Positions 1 through 8,601 of a DNA stretch of 27,809 bases are shown here, piece by piece; within the stretch, counting starts at the first letter, position 1; each line of letters begins with the position of its first letter. The notes beneath the pieces are model-generated. The model searched no databases. It was not told where the DNA came from and saw nothing but the letters and a program-made list of their open reading frames with translations. The stretch comes from Candidatus Hadarchaeota archaeon. GTDB taxonomy: Archaea > Hadarchaeota > Hadarchaeia > Hadarchaeales > Hadarchaeaceae. Both the position numbers and the translations under genes were made by a program. The stretch is taken from the NCBI GenBank assembly GCA_964552335.1, contig CAZKGC010000001.1, forward strand, positions 1 through 27,809, read 5' to 3'.

Positions 1-484
1 GACGAATGTGGCCCACGCGAAGCTCGAGGTCTTCAAAGCCAAGCTCCCGCATTAGGTTGTCCGCGAGCGCCATCACCTCAGCGTCGGCTTCCGGCCTCGG
101 CGAACCTATGATCTCAACTCCGGCTTGCAAAAACTGCCTCCACCTTTGTGCCTGGGGCTCCTCGTAGCGGAAGCAGTTGCCGAAGTAGCAGAGCTTGACC
201 GGTTTGGGCGTCGACCTCATCTGCTGGATGTAGAGGCGGACGACCGGCGCGGTGAGCTCCGGGCGCAGGGCCAGCTCCCGGCCAGATTTGTCCTTGAACG
301 CGTAAAGCTGGTTCACTATGTTGGAACCGCTTTTCTTCGTGAAGAGCTCGAGGTGCTCAAACAAGGGCGTCTCCACTTCCTCGTAGCCGTGGCGCGCGAA
401 GATCTCGCTCATAGCGCGTGTGACGTGGCGGACGCTGACCAGCTCCTCGCCGAACAGGTCACGTGTTCCACGCGGGCGCTGCAT
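1..484 (-). CDS. hisS: Histidyl-tRNA synthetase, N-terminal part (runs off window start)
   Basis: Manual translation from ATG at 484 gives MQRPRGTRDLFGEE...GYEEVETPLFEHLELF...LYAFKDKSGRELALRPELTAPVVR...FRYEEPQAQRWRQFLQAGVE, the classic HisRS N-terminus and motif 2. Not in the ORF track because it is truncated. Starts 2 nt after the aglB stop. Confidence 0.95.
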   Translation of the reverse strand, partial: MQRPRGTRDLFGEELVSVRHVTRAMSEIFARHGYEEVETPLFEHLELFTKKSGSNIVNQLYAFKDKSGRELALRPELTAPVVRLYIQQMRSTPKPVKLCYFGNCFRYEEPQAQRWRQFLQAGVEIIGSPRPEADAEVMALADNLMRELGFEDLELRVGHIR

Positions 485-486
485 GC

Positions 487-3400
487 CTACCCTCCTGAAG
501 ATACGATCCTGAATGTCCAAATCGAGGATGCGTTCTCGTTGCCGGCTACATCCTTGTCCGTGACTTTCCAGTAATAGTTTTCAGCGGGCAGCTCGGTCGT
601 CGGGGTATAAGTGTTTTCCATCAGCCAGATGTCGATGTCCGGGGAGCCGAACGCTATGTCGCTGTCCACGATCAGATGGTAGTTATCTGCGCCTGGGCTG
701 AGCGACCACTCAAACGTCGGGGTGTTGTCACCCGTCTCCGTCCCGTTCTCCGGGGCGTATAGCACTGGCGCCTCCGGAGGAACCGTGTCGACGGTGAGCG
801 TCCGGATATCGGAGGAGTTCTCGTCCGGGCCCACGACCGCCGCTACCTTCCAATAGTAATCGCCGTCAAGAAGAGCGTTCTCCTCTTCTATGGTGTACGA
901 AGTGACAGATGGGGCGAGGAATACATCTAATGTCGGAGATGACAGGTCCGGGTTAGTGCCGAGCAGCAGGCGATAGTTGTCCCCGTTGCCCCCTGCCCAC
1001 CTCAGAGTCGGCGTGTTGTCGTTCGTGAAAACCCCGTTTTCCGGAGAGCTCAGCGCGGGCGCCTGAGGAGGTGCTCTGATGGTTAGTGCGAATGTGTTCG
1101 ACCACTCACCAGCGTTTCCAGCCACATCTTTAGCTCTCACGTGCCAGTAGTACGTACCGTTCCTTTCAAATATGCGCGCGTATGAATTGTCAGTGCGGCT
1201 CGTGTCCACATCCACGTATGGGGTGGCAAAACTGTTCTCGTTATCGATCTGGATGTCGTATGTCGCTCCCTGCTCAGGTTCAGTCCACTGGAATGTTGCA
1301 TCCAGCGTCGAGAGCACGGTGCCGTCCTGCGGCCCAGAGAGCAGGGGCTGGGTTGGAGCCTGCGTGTCCACCGTGAACGTGGATGGGTTGGACCAGCCGA
1401 GCAGATTGTTCATGCTGTCGTATGCCGCGACACGCCAGTAGTATTCGCCGTCTTGTAGTGTCACGGTCGCGGTGTACGTCGTGCTGGTTATGTTGTCTTC
1501 ATGGATCAATGGTGAGGAGAAGCTTGAGTCGTCGTCCACCAACAATTCGTACCTGCTGGCACCGATCGTGTCCCAACTGAGGTCCGGGGTGTTGTCGTTC
1601 GTGAAACCCCCGTTTTCTGGAGAAATCAGATACGGCGCATGGTTGATCTCTATTATCTTCACCGTACTGTTTGAACTCGTGAAAGCCACTTGCAGATAAT
1701 TGATGTCTTGGATGTTACCTCCGAAAATACGCACGCCAATCGGGACGGCACGCCCAGCCATCTCAGCCGACACGCCTTTGATAAGCCATGCTGTCCTAAA
1801 GTTGCCGCTCCCATCAAGGATAATGAGCAACGTTTCTTGGATATCCGAGCCATAGTATGGCGAGTTGAACCCATCGTATTCTGATATTTTGCCCGTGTCG
1901 TCCACCCTCAAGACAGCGTAACCGTCCATGAACAAGTTTCCATTATCGGTCCGGAGATAGACAATCATATTCTGCGTGTCCAGAACCACGGCTGCCCTGT
2001 TTTCGCCAAAATTGAACACGTAGTTTACGCCCTCCGAGCTCGGCTGTAGCGAAGAAGGTGTCTTAATTCTTTCCGCATTCAACAGGATGTTTACTGGCTG
2101 CTGCGTGGAATAGTAGTCGTATGCTTGATAAAATTCATCGAGCGAAAATATCACGTAATCTATTCTGACGCCGTAGTTATCTCGGTATGTTTGGACGATC
2201 CACCTGAACTCGTTTTCACCCACTATAGGTAACCACTGGACATCGATTCGTCTCCCATTAATTTGGAACGATTTCCGGGATACATCTACACCATAAATAA
2301 GTGCACTGCTGTCCTCAACGTAATAGATGTAGTCTGGGGGGCGTGGGACAAAAGACGGATTATTTTCCCATGTCCCTTCTTCTGCCCTGATCTCAGCACC
2401 ATCGCACACGGTCGTCCGCCGTGCAGCGCCCGTGAGGAGGTGCCCGAACGACCACTGGATGGAGACCACTGAATTCTCCGACGTATTCTCTTGGAGCCAA
2501 GCGAATGCTTCCATGAATCCTTTATCCAATCCACTGACACCATGCCATTCCGTGGGTGGGCCAGTTTGGTAAGCGTTGGTGTATGCATTGGAAATAAACG
2601 GCGCGGCGACGATACCTGCCACAAGCAAAAGTGCGATGGGGTTCTGGAGGTGCTTCAGATGTTCCCCATAGGGTTCTAAAGAGAGTCGCTTGACAAGGGA
2701 CACCAACGTTGCTGCGCCGACGCCAGCTAGTGCCGGTAAAAATGACCACCACAGTCGCTCGAATCGCGCCTGCCCCTTCCCCGGCAACACCATCGCTACT
2801 AGGACGACCAGCCATGCAAAAGTTAAAATTTCCCATCGCTTCCTAGACCAACAGAACTTGAGGAATGCTAAGATAACCAGAGCGAGGATAAACGCCGTCA
2901 GAATAACAGCTGGAAAATTAGAGCCGTAAAATTTACCTAAGGTTTCACCCCAAGATGTTGGCGATTGCATCTCACTAGCATAACTGCTGAATGAAACTCC
3001 CGCACCTCCTCCTCCAATCCCAAGATATCCTGCGTAAGTCCCAAAGATGCTAACCCAGATTTCCGGGCCTTGCCCACCTAAGGCCCACAGCACGAGGGTT
3101 ATCACCACTACCATTCCAACCGTACCGGCTAGCACATCAATATGCCCGCGGATGGCCGAGAAAAATGCGCCAAGCAAGTCTGATGTTTTGCGTGAAAACT
3201 TCCCCAAGAATCCCACTAACAAAACGAATAATAACCCCAATACCAAGATGGCGATAATATAGTGCCAGCCGCCCCACGCCAGCCCGAAGAGCCCGTACAC
3301 CATCCCGGCCAAGAGCGCGAACTTTGGAATCGAGTTCCTAGAAGCCTTGAAAAGTTTTATAGTGAGATACATCGCCCATGCCCCGAGTATCAACTGAATA

Positions 3401-3873
3401 GGCTCCCTGTCGAACGCTCCAACCTTGTTCCAATAAATCGTCGACACCATGGTGGCGGCAAAGAACGCGGCGGCTACCCCCCCCACGTCGCCTCCAAGCT
3501 CCCTACCAATCAGAAAAATCGGGATGAGCGAGAGGGCAAAAATAAATGGGGCCCAGTACTTGACAACATCCATCAGGGTAACGCTTGGGTTTAAGGCGCT
3601 GACCCCACGATAAATCATCACGGCCAGGAGAGGTTGGACCTGCTCACCGAGTGATATGCCCAAACCGTATGGCGCGTGAGAAAGTGGGTTGTTTTCCGCC
3701 AGAGCATTTTCTCTATTTATCTCAAAAGCGGTATCGTATACCCAGCCACTATCGGAGGTGGTCAAAGTGTCGTACTTCTGCCCGGGGATCAACAGCACCG
3801 ATGTCGTAAACGCCATCAACGCAAGCATGTAGCCGACAATCAGCCATCGGCGATAGTTCAAATGGTCACCCAA
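487..3873 (-). CDS. aglB: STT3/AglB-family oligosaccharyltransferase-like membrane protein with four C-terminal Ig/FN3-like repeats
   Basis: Multi-TM N-terminal half with STT3-type motifs: LTTSDSGW (first catalytic Asp), GAFDRE (DxE), YASEMQ (TIxE/SVSE-like), GQARF, AFAWLQENT..SVV, and QWSFGH..AARRTTVCDG at the WWDYG position. The start could be TTG 3873 or TTG 3861. Confidence 0.85.
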   Translation of the reverse strand: MGDHLNYRRWLIVGYMLALMAFTTSVLLIPGQKYDTLTTSDSGWVYDTAFEINRENALAENNPLSHAPYGLGISLGEQVQPLLAVMIYRGVSALNPSVTLMDVVKYWAPFIFALSLIPIFLIGRELGGDVGGVAAAFFAATMVSTIYWNKVGAFDREPIQLILGAWAMYLTIKLFKASRNSIPKFALLAGMVYGLFGLAWGGWHYIIAILVLGLLFVLLVGFLGKFSRKTSDLLGAFFSAIRGHIDVLAGTVGMVVVITLVLWALGGQGPEIWVSIFGTYAGYLGIGGGGAGVSFSSYASEMQSPTSWGETLGKFYGSNFPAVILTAFILALVILAFLKFCWSRKRWEILTFAWLVVLVAMVLPGKGQARFERLWWSFLPALAGVGAATLVSLVKRLSLEPYGEHLKHLQNPIALLLVAGIVAAPFISNAYTNAYQTGPPTEWHGVSGLDKGFMEAFAWLQENTSENSVVSIQWSFGHLLTGAARRTTVCDGAEIRAEEGTWENNPSFVPRPPDYIYYVEDSSALIYGVDVSRKSFQINGRRIDVQWLPIVGENEFRWIVQTYRDNYGVRIDYVIFSLDEFYQAYDYYSTQQPVNILLNAERIKTPSSLQPSSEGVNYVFNFGENRAAVVLDTQNMIVYLRTDNGNLFMDGYAVLRVDDTGKISEYDGFNSPYYGSDIQETLLIILDGSGNFRTAWLIKGVSAEMAGRAVPIGVRIFGGNIQDINYLQVAFTSSNSTVKIIEINHAPYLISPENGGFTNDNTPDLSWDTIGASRYELLVDDDSSFSSPLIHEDNITSTTYTATVTLQDGEYYWRVAAYDSMNNLLGWSNPSTFTVDTQAPTQPLLSGPQDGTVLSTLDATFQWTEPEQGATYDIQIDNENSFATPYVDVDTSRTDNSYARIFERNGTYYWHVRAKDVAGNAGEWSNTFALTIRAPPQAPALSSPENGVFTNDNTPTLRWAGGNGDNYRLLLGTNPDLSSPTLDVFLAPSVTSYTIEEENALLDGDYYWKVAAVVGPDENSSDIRTLTVDTVPPEAPVLYAPENGTETGDNTPTFEWSLSPGADNYHLIVDSDIAFGSPDIDIWLMENTYTPTTELPAENYYWKVTDKDVAGNENASSIWTFRIVSSGG
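490..1638 (-). repeat. Four tandem ~96-aa Ig/FN3-like repeats (P.L.SP.NG....DNTP.x.W ... Y.W.V.A.D..GN...S....T..T)
   Basis: Repeat starts near 1638, 1359, 1074 and 783. Repeats 1 and 3 share 33/35 identical nt (1589-1623 vs 1013-1047), 576 nt apart. Confidence 0.85.
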
Positions 3874-3922
3874 TAGGTTTAAACCACTCTCTCTTAAAAG
3901 CCTCTAACTTGAGCTGGCGGAC

Positions 3923-4183
3923 TTATTTTTCGGGTGCGCTCTGTTCGCTTTCTTTCTCTTCCAACTTGGCTGGCGGAGGTGAAGGTGAAACTTCTCTTGT
4001 GGTGGCCATGATCCATCCGAGCCAGAAGCCCAGCCCGCAGACGACGAGCAACCCGACCGTGACGGGCAGGGCGAACGACATATCAATCACAGGCCCACTG
4101 AAATAACCATAGTAGATGTGAAGAACTATTACAACAACGGTAGCAATACACAGCAGCGCGCCCAATATTCTCGATGCACCCAA
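3923..4183 (-). CDS. Small two-TM archaeal membrane protein (W.GW.MATT..P..PP type)
   Basis: Two hydrophobic helices followed by GWIMATTREVSPSPPP and an acidic tail. TTG 4183 follows an AGGTGA RBS and a TTTAAATA box at ~4220-4227. The track start (4393) overlaps the kinase gene and is probably too long. Confidence 0.7.
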   Translation of the reverse strand: MGASRILGALLCIATVVVIVLHIYYGYFSGPVIDMSFALPVTVGLLVVCGLGFWLGWIMATTREVSPSPPPAKLEEKESEQSAPEK

Positions 4184-4271
4184 CGTATCACCTACTTCAA
4201 TCACCCTCCTCCCAAGCATATTTAAACATTTCGCGCTTTGTGGGAAGTTTGAGATACGTTCGCCTAGAAAT

Positions 4272-4787
4272 TCAGGTGGGAGGTTTTGGCCTGATTTTTC
4301 CGAGCGCGAACTGAACGAACTTGTTGATGTCTTCCAAAACATCTGGAGGGAAGGGGCCTCTCCCAAGGCCGTACTCATCCAGATAGAAGACATGCCCCCC
4401 CTTCATCCCGAAGTTCGAGGGTTTTATGTCCAGCACATATCCCTGCTTACTTGCTCTCCCAATCAAGGCGAAAATTTCTCTCAAGGCTCCAATCGAATAG
4501 GCTGGGAGGGGCCCAACGTATTCGTGAAAAGTGACAACCGCTGGACAGACGACTCCATCGCGCCTGATGCCAGTCACCGCTGTGCCGTAATATTCTGGTA
4601 GAAAATCCAACTTTTTCCTTATCTCCCGCTGGTGAGAATCAACCTCAACCGCCCGCTTCTGCAGCTCTTCGAGTGACCTACCCCTGCCCAGCTCCACCTT
4701 GAGCGCGATTTTTCCCGCTTTGAATACATACCTGTACAATCCCCTGCCGACCAGCTTTGGTCTCCCCTTCACACAAGTTACCTGCAT
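4272..4787 (-). CDS. Minimal protein-kinase-like (PKL fold) protein, ~171 aa
   Basis: G-loop LVGRGLYRYVF, IALKV lysine, candidate alphaC Glu (AVEVD), catalytic loop LDIKPSNF and DFG-like YLDEYG. ATG 4787 lies 16 nt after the rad50 stop. Confidence 0.75.
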   Translation of the reverse strand: MQVTCVKGRPKLVGRGLYRYVFKAGKIALKVELGRGRSLEELQKRAVEVDSHQREIRKKLDFLPEYYGTAVTGIRRDGVVCPAVVTFHEYVGPLPAYSIGALREIFALIGRASKQGYVLDIKPSNFGMKGGHVFYLDEYGLGRGPFPPDVLEDINKFVQFALGKIRPKPPT

Positions 4788-4803
4788 TCGATCCCAACAA
4801 TCA

Positions 4804-7206
4804 TCACTCGAACAATTCGGGCACCGCGACCTGCTCAACTTTTGTCGGCTCGTCGGAATCCTTGTCGCGGGAAAACCTGTACAAGTAGCCGCTGACGGCG
4901 CTCTCCAGGCGCTCCTCGTGGGTTATTAATAAGATCTGCCGCACAACCTCGGGGAGACGGTCTCTCAATATTTTCGCCAGTTCTTGGATACCTTCTGCGT
5001 CCAAGTTGTGGGTTGGCTCATCGAAGACTATCCACCTCAGGTTGGGTGCGAGGACAATTGAGAAAGCGATACGGAGCGCGAGGCAGGCGTCGGTCCGCTC
5101 GCCGCCGCTCGCTATTCCCTCGACCGGGACCCATTCGCCAGCACGGTCGCGAAGCTTCAACACGTAGTCGCCACCGCGTTCTCCTCCCTCAACTGCCAGC
5201 TGAACTCCAATGAAATCTCCATAGGGGTAGATGCTTTCCCACAAGTCATTCATGACCTCGTTGACCCCATCGATGAACATCCGGCGCATAGAGATCTGAG
5301 TTCGCGTGAGCGCAGTATGGATGGCGGTCAGCGCCTGAGCAGCATCCCGCAGGTGCGTGACCTCCGCTTCGCAGCGCAAAATCAGCGCGAGCTTCTCCCG
5401 TATGCTCTCCACGAATTTTTTCTTTTCGGCAAACAGCTGCTCCTTACCCGACAGTTCCGCGCGAAGGCGTTCCTGCGTGCCGACGAGCTCCTCCAATCGT
5501 TCACGAAATTCCTCCGCCTCTGTCTCGTCATAAGTGCGCCTCAGTTGTTCCACAGTCTGCTTGATCCGATCGCTTTCCACAAGTTTCTGCCTGTACTCGA
5601 TACCCCGCCTATCTACGTCCATTCGCAGTTGAAGAAGTTGTTTTGAGTTTGACAATTTATCGTAAAGTTCATCAACTTCCTTTCGGGCACACTCGTTTTC
5701 CGACCTTAACTTTTCGCTCTCGTCTCGCGCTTTCGGAATTTCCAGCTCCACTTCCCCTAGCCGTTTGGAGAGATCCGAGCGCTCCTCTTCAAGCTTAGGG
5801 ATGTCTCCAACCTCCTTCGCCAGCAGTATGCACTTCCGCTGCAACTCAAGCTTCTGGCGCAGGTCATCGCTGAGCCCCTTCAAGCGTAACTCAAGTTCAT
5901 TTGCACGCTTGTTGAAATCTTCGAGTTGTCCCTGGCGCTGGTGTAGAAGCTCCTGTTTTCTGGGCTCATCGAGGGGGCTCTCGCAGACGGGACACGTAGC
6001 CCCCGCCCCCGAGAGTTCGTCCATCGACCCCTTTAAGTCCTGAATCTTGGCGCGGGAAGCGGCAAGCTCGTCACCTACTTCGCGGAACTCTGTTTGAGAT
6101 CTTTCAATCACTTCCGCCAGTTTCTCCGGTTCCAATCCCTCCAGCTCCTCGCCAAGTTTTCGCTTTCGGGAAAGTTCGGCGGTTATCTTGTCCAGCTCAT
6201 CCCGAAGCATCTTTTTTTGAGTTTCCAACCCTTGCAGTCTCGAGAGGGTGATGGTAAGGCTTGAATTGAGTTGATTTGCCAAGGAAACCTTCTCGCTGTA
6301 AGCTCGATCCAACTCACTCGCCTGCTTTTGGATTTCCTCGACTCCGACGTCCGCGGCGGCTCCCAGCCTTTCCCTGAATTCATCGAGCTGTTGTTTCAGC
6401 GCCCCTATCGCACCACTGAGCTCACGATATGATTGCTCCAGCTGCACGAGTTTCTGCTCAATTTCGCGGAACTGTTGGACTTGGTTGCGGGTTGACTCGA
6501 GCTCTGGCTGTAGTTGCTGGAGTCTCACCGAAATCTCCTGTTTAGACGATTCAAGATCCCTCAACTCCTGCTCATGAATCGGCAGCATGGCGATTGACGA
6601 GTCTTGCTTAAGTTGATTCGCCGTTGCCTCGCGCTCCTGCGCACGATCCTTCACGCGACCCGACAACGCGACGATGCTCTTGCGCGCCTTTTCAAGCTTG
6701 TTTATGCCGAGAAGCTCGTCGATGCTTTCCATCCTTCTCCCTTTTGGGAGCATCAGAAAGTAATCGAGGCGGTTTTGTTCCGAATAAATAGCCCGCTCGA
6801 ACAAATCATAGTCAAGCTCCAGCAACGATTGGACGAGTTCGTTCACATGTCCGGAACTTGGGCTTTCAATAAGTTCCCCGGTTGCTTTTCTCAATTCGGA
6901 TAAAGACGTCCCGCTTCCCCGCTCAACGACTCGTTTGACGATATACTCGTTTCCATCGGGTGCCACGAAATTAACCTCCACCTCTGCCCGATCAAGAGGT
7001 CTAGGCCTGCTAGTGATCAAATCCTCTAACCTGATGCGGCGGGATTGCACCGCGGGCAGAGTTCCGAACAGCGCGTAAGTGATGGCATCCAGCACAGCGG
7101 ACTTGCCCGCTCCCATCATTCCTACCAGAACATTTGTGCCGTCGCCGAAGCGGAGCTCCGTGTCGCGGTGGGACTTCCAATTTTTCAGTTTAACGCGCGT
7201 TATCAC
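4804..7206 (-). CDS. rad50: DNA double-strand-break repair ATPase Rad50
   Basis: Walker A GMMGAGKS, Q-loop YSEQ, long coiled coil, central zinc hook CPVC, signature ASGGE, Walker B VFDEPT, H-loop LITH. Overlaps the mre11 stop. Confidence 0.95.
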   Translation of the reverse strand: MITRVKLKNWKSHRDTELRFGDGTNVLVGMMGAGKSAVLDAITYALFGTLPAVQSRRIRLEDLITSRPRPLDRAEVEVNFVAPDGNEYIVKRVVERGSGTSLSELRKATGELIESPSSGHVNELVQSLLELDYDLFERAIYSEQNRLDYFLMLPKGRRMESIDELLGINKLEKARKSIVALSGRVKDRAQEREATANQLKQDSSIAMLPIHEQELRDLESSKQEISVRLQQLQPELESTRNQVQQFREIEQKLVQLEQSYRELSGAIGALKQQLDEFRERLGAAADVGVEEIQKQASELDRAYSEKVSLANQLNSSLTITLSRLQGLETQKKMLRDELDKITAELSRKRKLGEELEGLEPEKLAEVIERSQTEFREVGDELAASRAKIQDLKGSMDELSGAGATCPVCESPLDEPRKQELLHQRQGQLEDFNKRANELELRLKGLSDDLRQKLELQRKCILLAKEVGDIPKLEEERSDLSKRLGEVELEIPKARDESEKLRSENECARKEVDELYDKLSNSKQLLQLRMDVDRRGIEYRQKLVESDRIKQTVEQLRRTYDETEAEEFRERLEELVGTQERLRAELSGKEQLFAEKKKFVESIREKLALILRCEAEVTHLRDAAQALTAIHTALTRTQISMRRMFIDGVNEVMNDLWESIYPYGDFIGVQLAVEGGERGGDYVLKLRDRAGEWVPVEGIASGGERTDACLALRIAFSIVLAPNLRWIVFDEPTHNLDAEGIQELAKILRDRLPEVVRQILLITHEERLESAVSGYLYRFSRDKDSDEPTKVEQVAVPELFE

Positions 7207-8491
7207 TTGTTTTCCCCCTTAGTTCAGCTTTCACAAGGTTTTCTACCACCCCAAAAACATTCTGCAGCGCCTCCTCCTCGCGTCCCTCGACCAGCAGGCC
7301 GTAGAGCGCTCGGACATCGAATATCTGGGTGTAGCCGGACTCGCGCAGGTTGCTCTCCAGCAGGGCCATGGCTGTCTCATCTATGGACATCCGCCGCTCC
7401 TTTAGTTCTCGCAAAAGCTGCAATTTCTCTTCCAAACCAGGAGCAACTAAATCTCCTTTGCTCACAACAACTAACGCCATGTCCGCGAACTCTTGGGTGA
7501 TCGCTCGCTCGTCGAACTCGCTGCGCGATGCTTCCTTGGCCAATGTCCCAACCAGCCTCACCCTTATGAGAGGAAGCTTCCCGAGATTTTTCCTCGGTCT
7601 CTTCAAAAGCTCTCTCACCTTGACCCTCACCGCCTCGTTTAGCCGAGGGACGCTCACCCCTTCGAACCTCATCTCCTCGTAGTAGAAATCCCGCGTAGAC
7701 TTGAGTTCGATGAATTCATACCTGAGCCCGTTGCCGAACTCGACCATGTAGAAACCTTTGGGAGTCTCTGCCTCAATTTGAAGCAGTTGCGTGCGCTCAG
7801 TGCCCCCAGGAAAGAGAATCGGTTTACCGTGAACAGTGGACTCGGTGCGGTAGTGGATGTGGCCGCACAAGTAGAGATCAAACCCGCTGGGCAGGTCGGA
7901 AATGTCCAGAGTGGGTAGCTCCTCGCTCGAGTAAATGAACTGCCCGACAGACTGATGCAGGGCCAAGATGTTGAACGCACCATGAACTGGCTTTGGGTTC
8001 CAAGTCGCGAACACATTCCTAGCGTGCTGCTCGGGCACATTGCTCATTCCGTGAATCGCGAGCTTGCCCTGAGGCGTGTCGAAAATCAACGTGTTGTGAT
8101 GCATGTGGATGAGTAGTCCGGCTGCCTCGAGCGCCTCGACCGGGTTAGTCAGTCCACGCGTGCGGCGCTCGTGGTTTCCGTGGAGGGCAACCACCGGAGT
8201 CCCTAGGAACGCCACGGGTGAAATTTCCTCAAAGTTTTTGTCGATCGTGTCGATGAGTCTGACTTCATTCCGCCCCCGTGCGAGTGGTGTCGAGAGGACG
8301 CGCAGCGCCCGAGCCCACACCTCCTGCCGCGGTATACGTGTGTCGAAGATGTCGCCAAGCAGTACGATGAGCTGTGCTCCGAGGTCGAGGGATTTTTCGA
8401 TTGCCTCCTGAAACTGAACAAAAGAGTCCTGCTCCCGCGGTGTTCCCCACTTTGCTCCAAGGTGCGGGTCGGCGATTACAGCTATCTTCAA
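7190..8491 (-). CDS. mre11: Mre11/SbcD-family nuclease
   Basis: Phosphoesterase motifs ADPHLG, LGDIFD, HGNHE, LHQ and GHIH. Directly upstream of rad50. Confidence 0.93.
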   Translation of the reverse strand: MKIAVIADPHLGAKWGTPREQDSFVQFQEAIEKSLDLGAQLIVLLGDIFDTRIPRQEVWARALRVLSTPLARGRNEVRLIDTIDKNFEEISPVAFLGTPVVALHGNHERRTRGLTNPVEALEAAGLLIHMHHNTLIFDTPQGKLAIHGMSNVPEQHARNVFATWNPKPVHGAFNILALHQSVGQFIYSSEELPTLDISDLPSGFDLYLCGHIHYRTESTVHGKPILFPGGTERTQLLQIEAETPKGFYMVEFGNGLRYEFIELKSTRDFYYEEMRFEGVSVPRLNEAVRVKVRELLKRPRKNLGKLPLIRVRLVGTLAKEASRSEFDERAITQEFADMALVVVSKGDLVAPGLEEKLQLLRELKERRMSIDETAMALLESNLRESGYTQIFDVRALYGLLVEGREEEALQNVFGVVENLVKAELRGKTSDNAR

Positions 8492-8577
8492 GGGACCACT
8501 CAGTTTCTTTTGGAGGTTCGTGCTTAAGTGGATTTTTGCAAGCTGAACGCGTTGTTGCTCAAACTTAAATCAAACTT

Positions 8578-8596
8578 CACCGAAATCGATTCGGTG
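8578..8596. promoter_or_regulatory. Inverted repeat CACCGAA-N5-TTCGGTG in the mre11/rfcL divergent promoter
   Basis: Perfect 7-bp arms between a CTTAAAT TATA-like box (~8564-8570) and the rfcL ATG. Confidence 0.4.
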
Positions 8597-8601
8597 CTCG
8601 A

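Noticed and set aside
125-574. 149-aa + strand ORF
   Set aside because: Antisense shadow of hisS and the aglB end; no motif.
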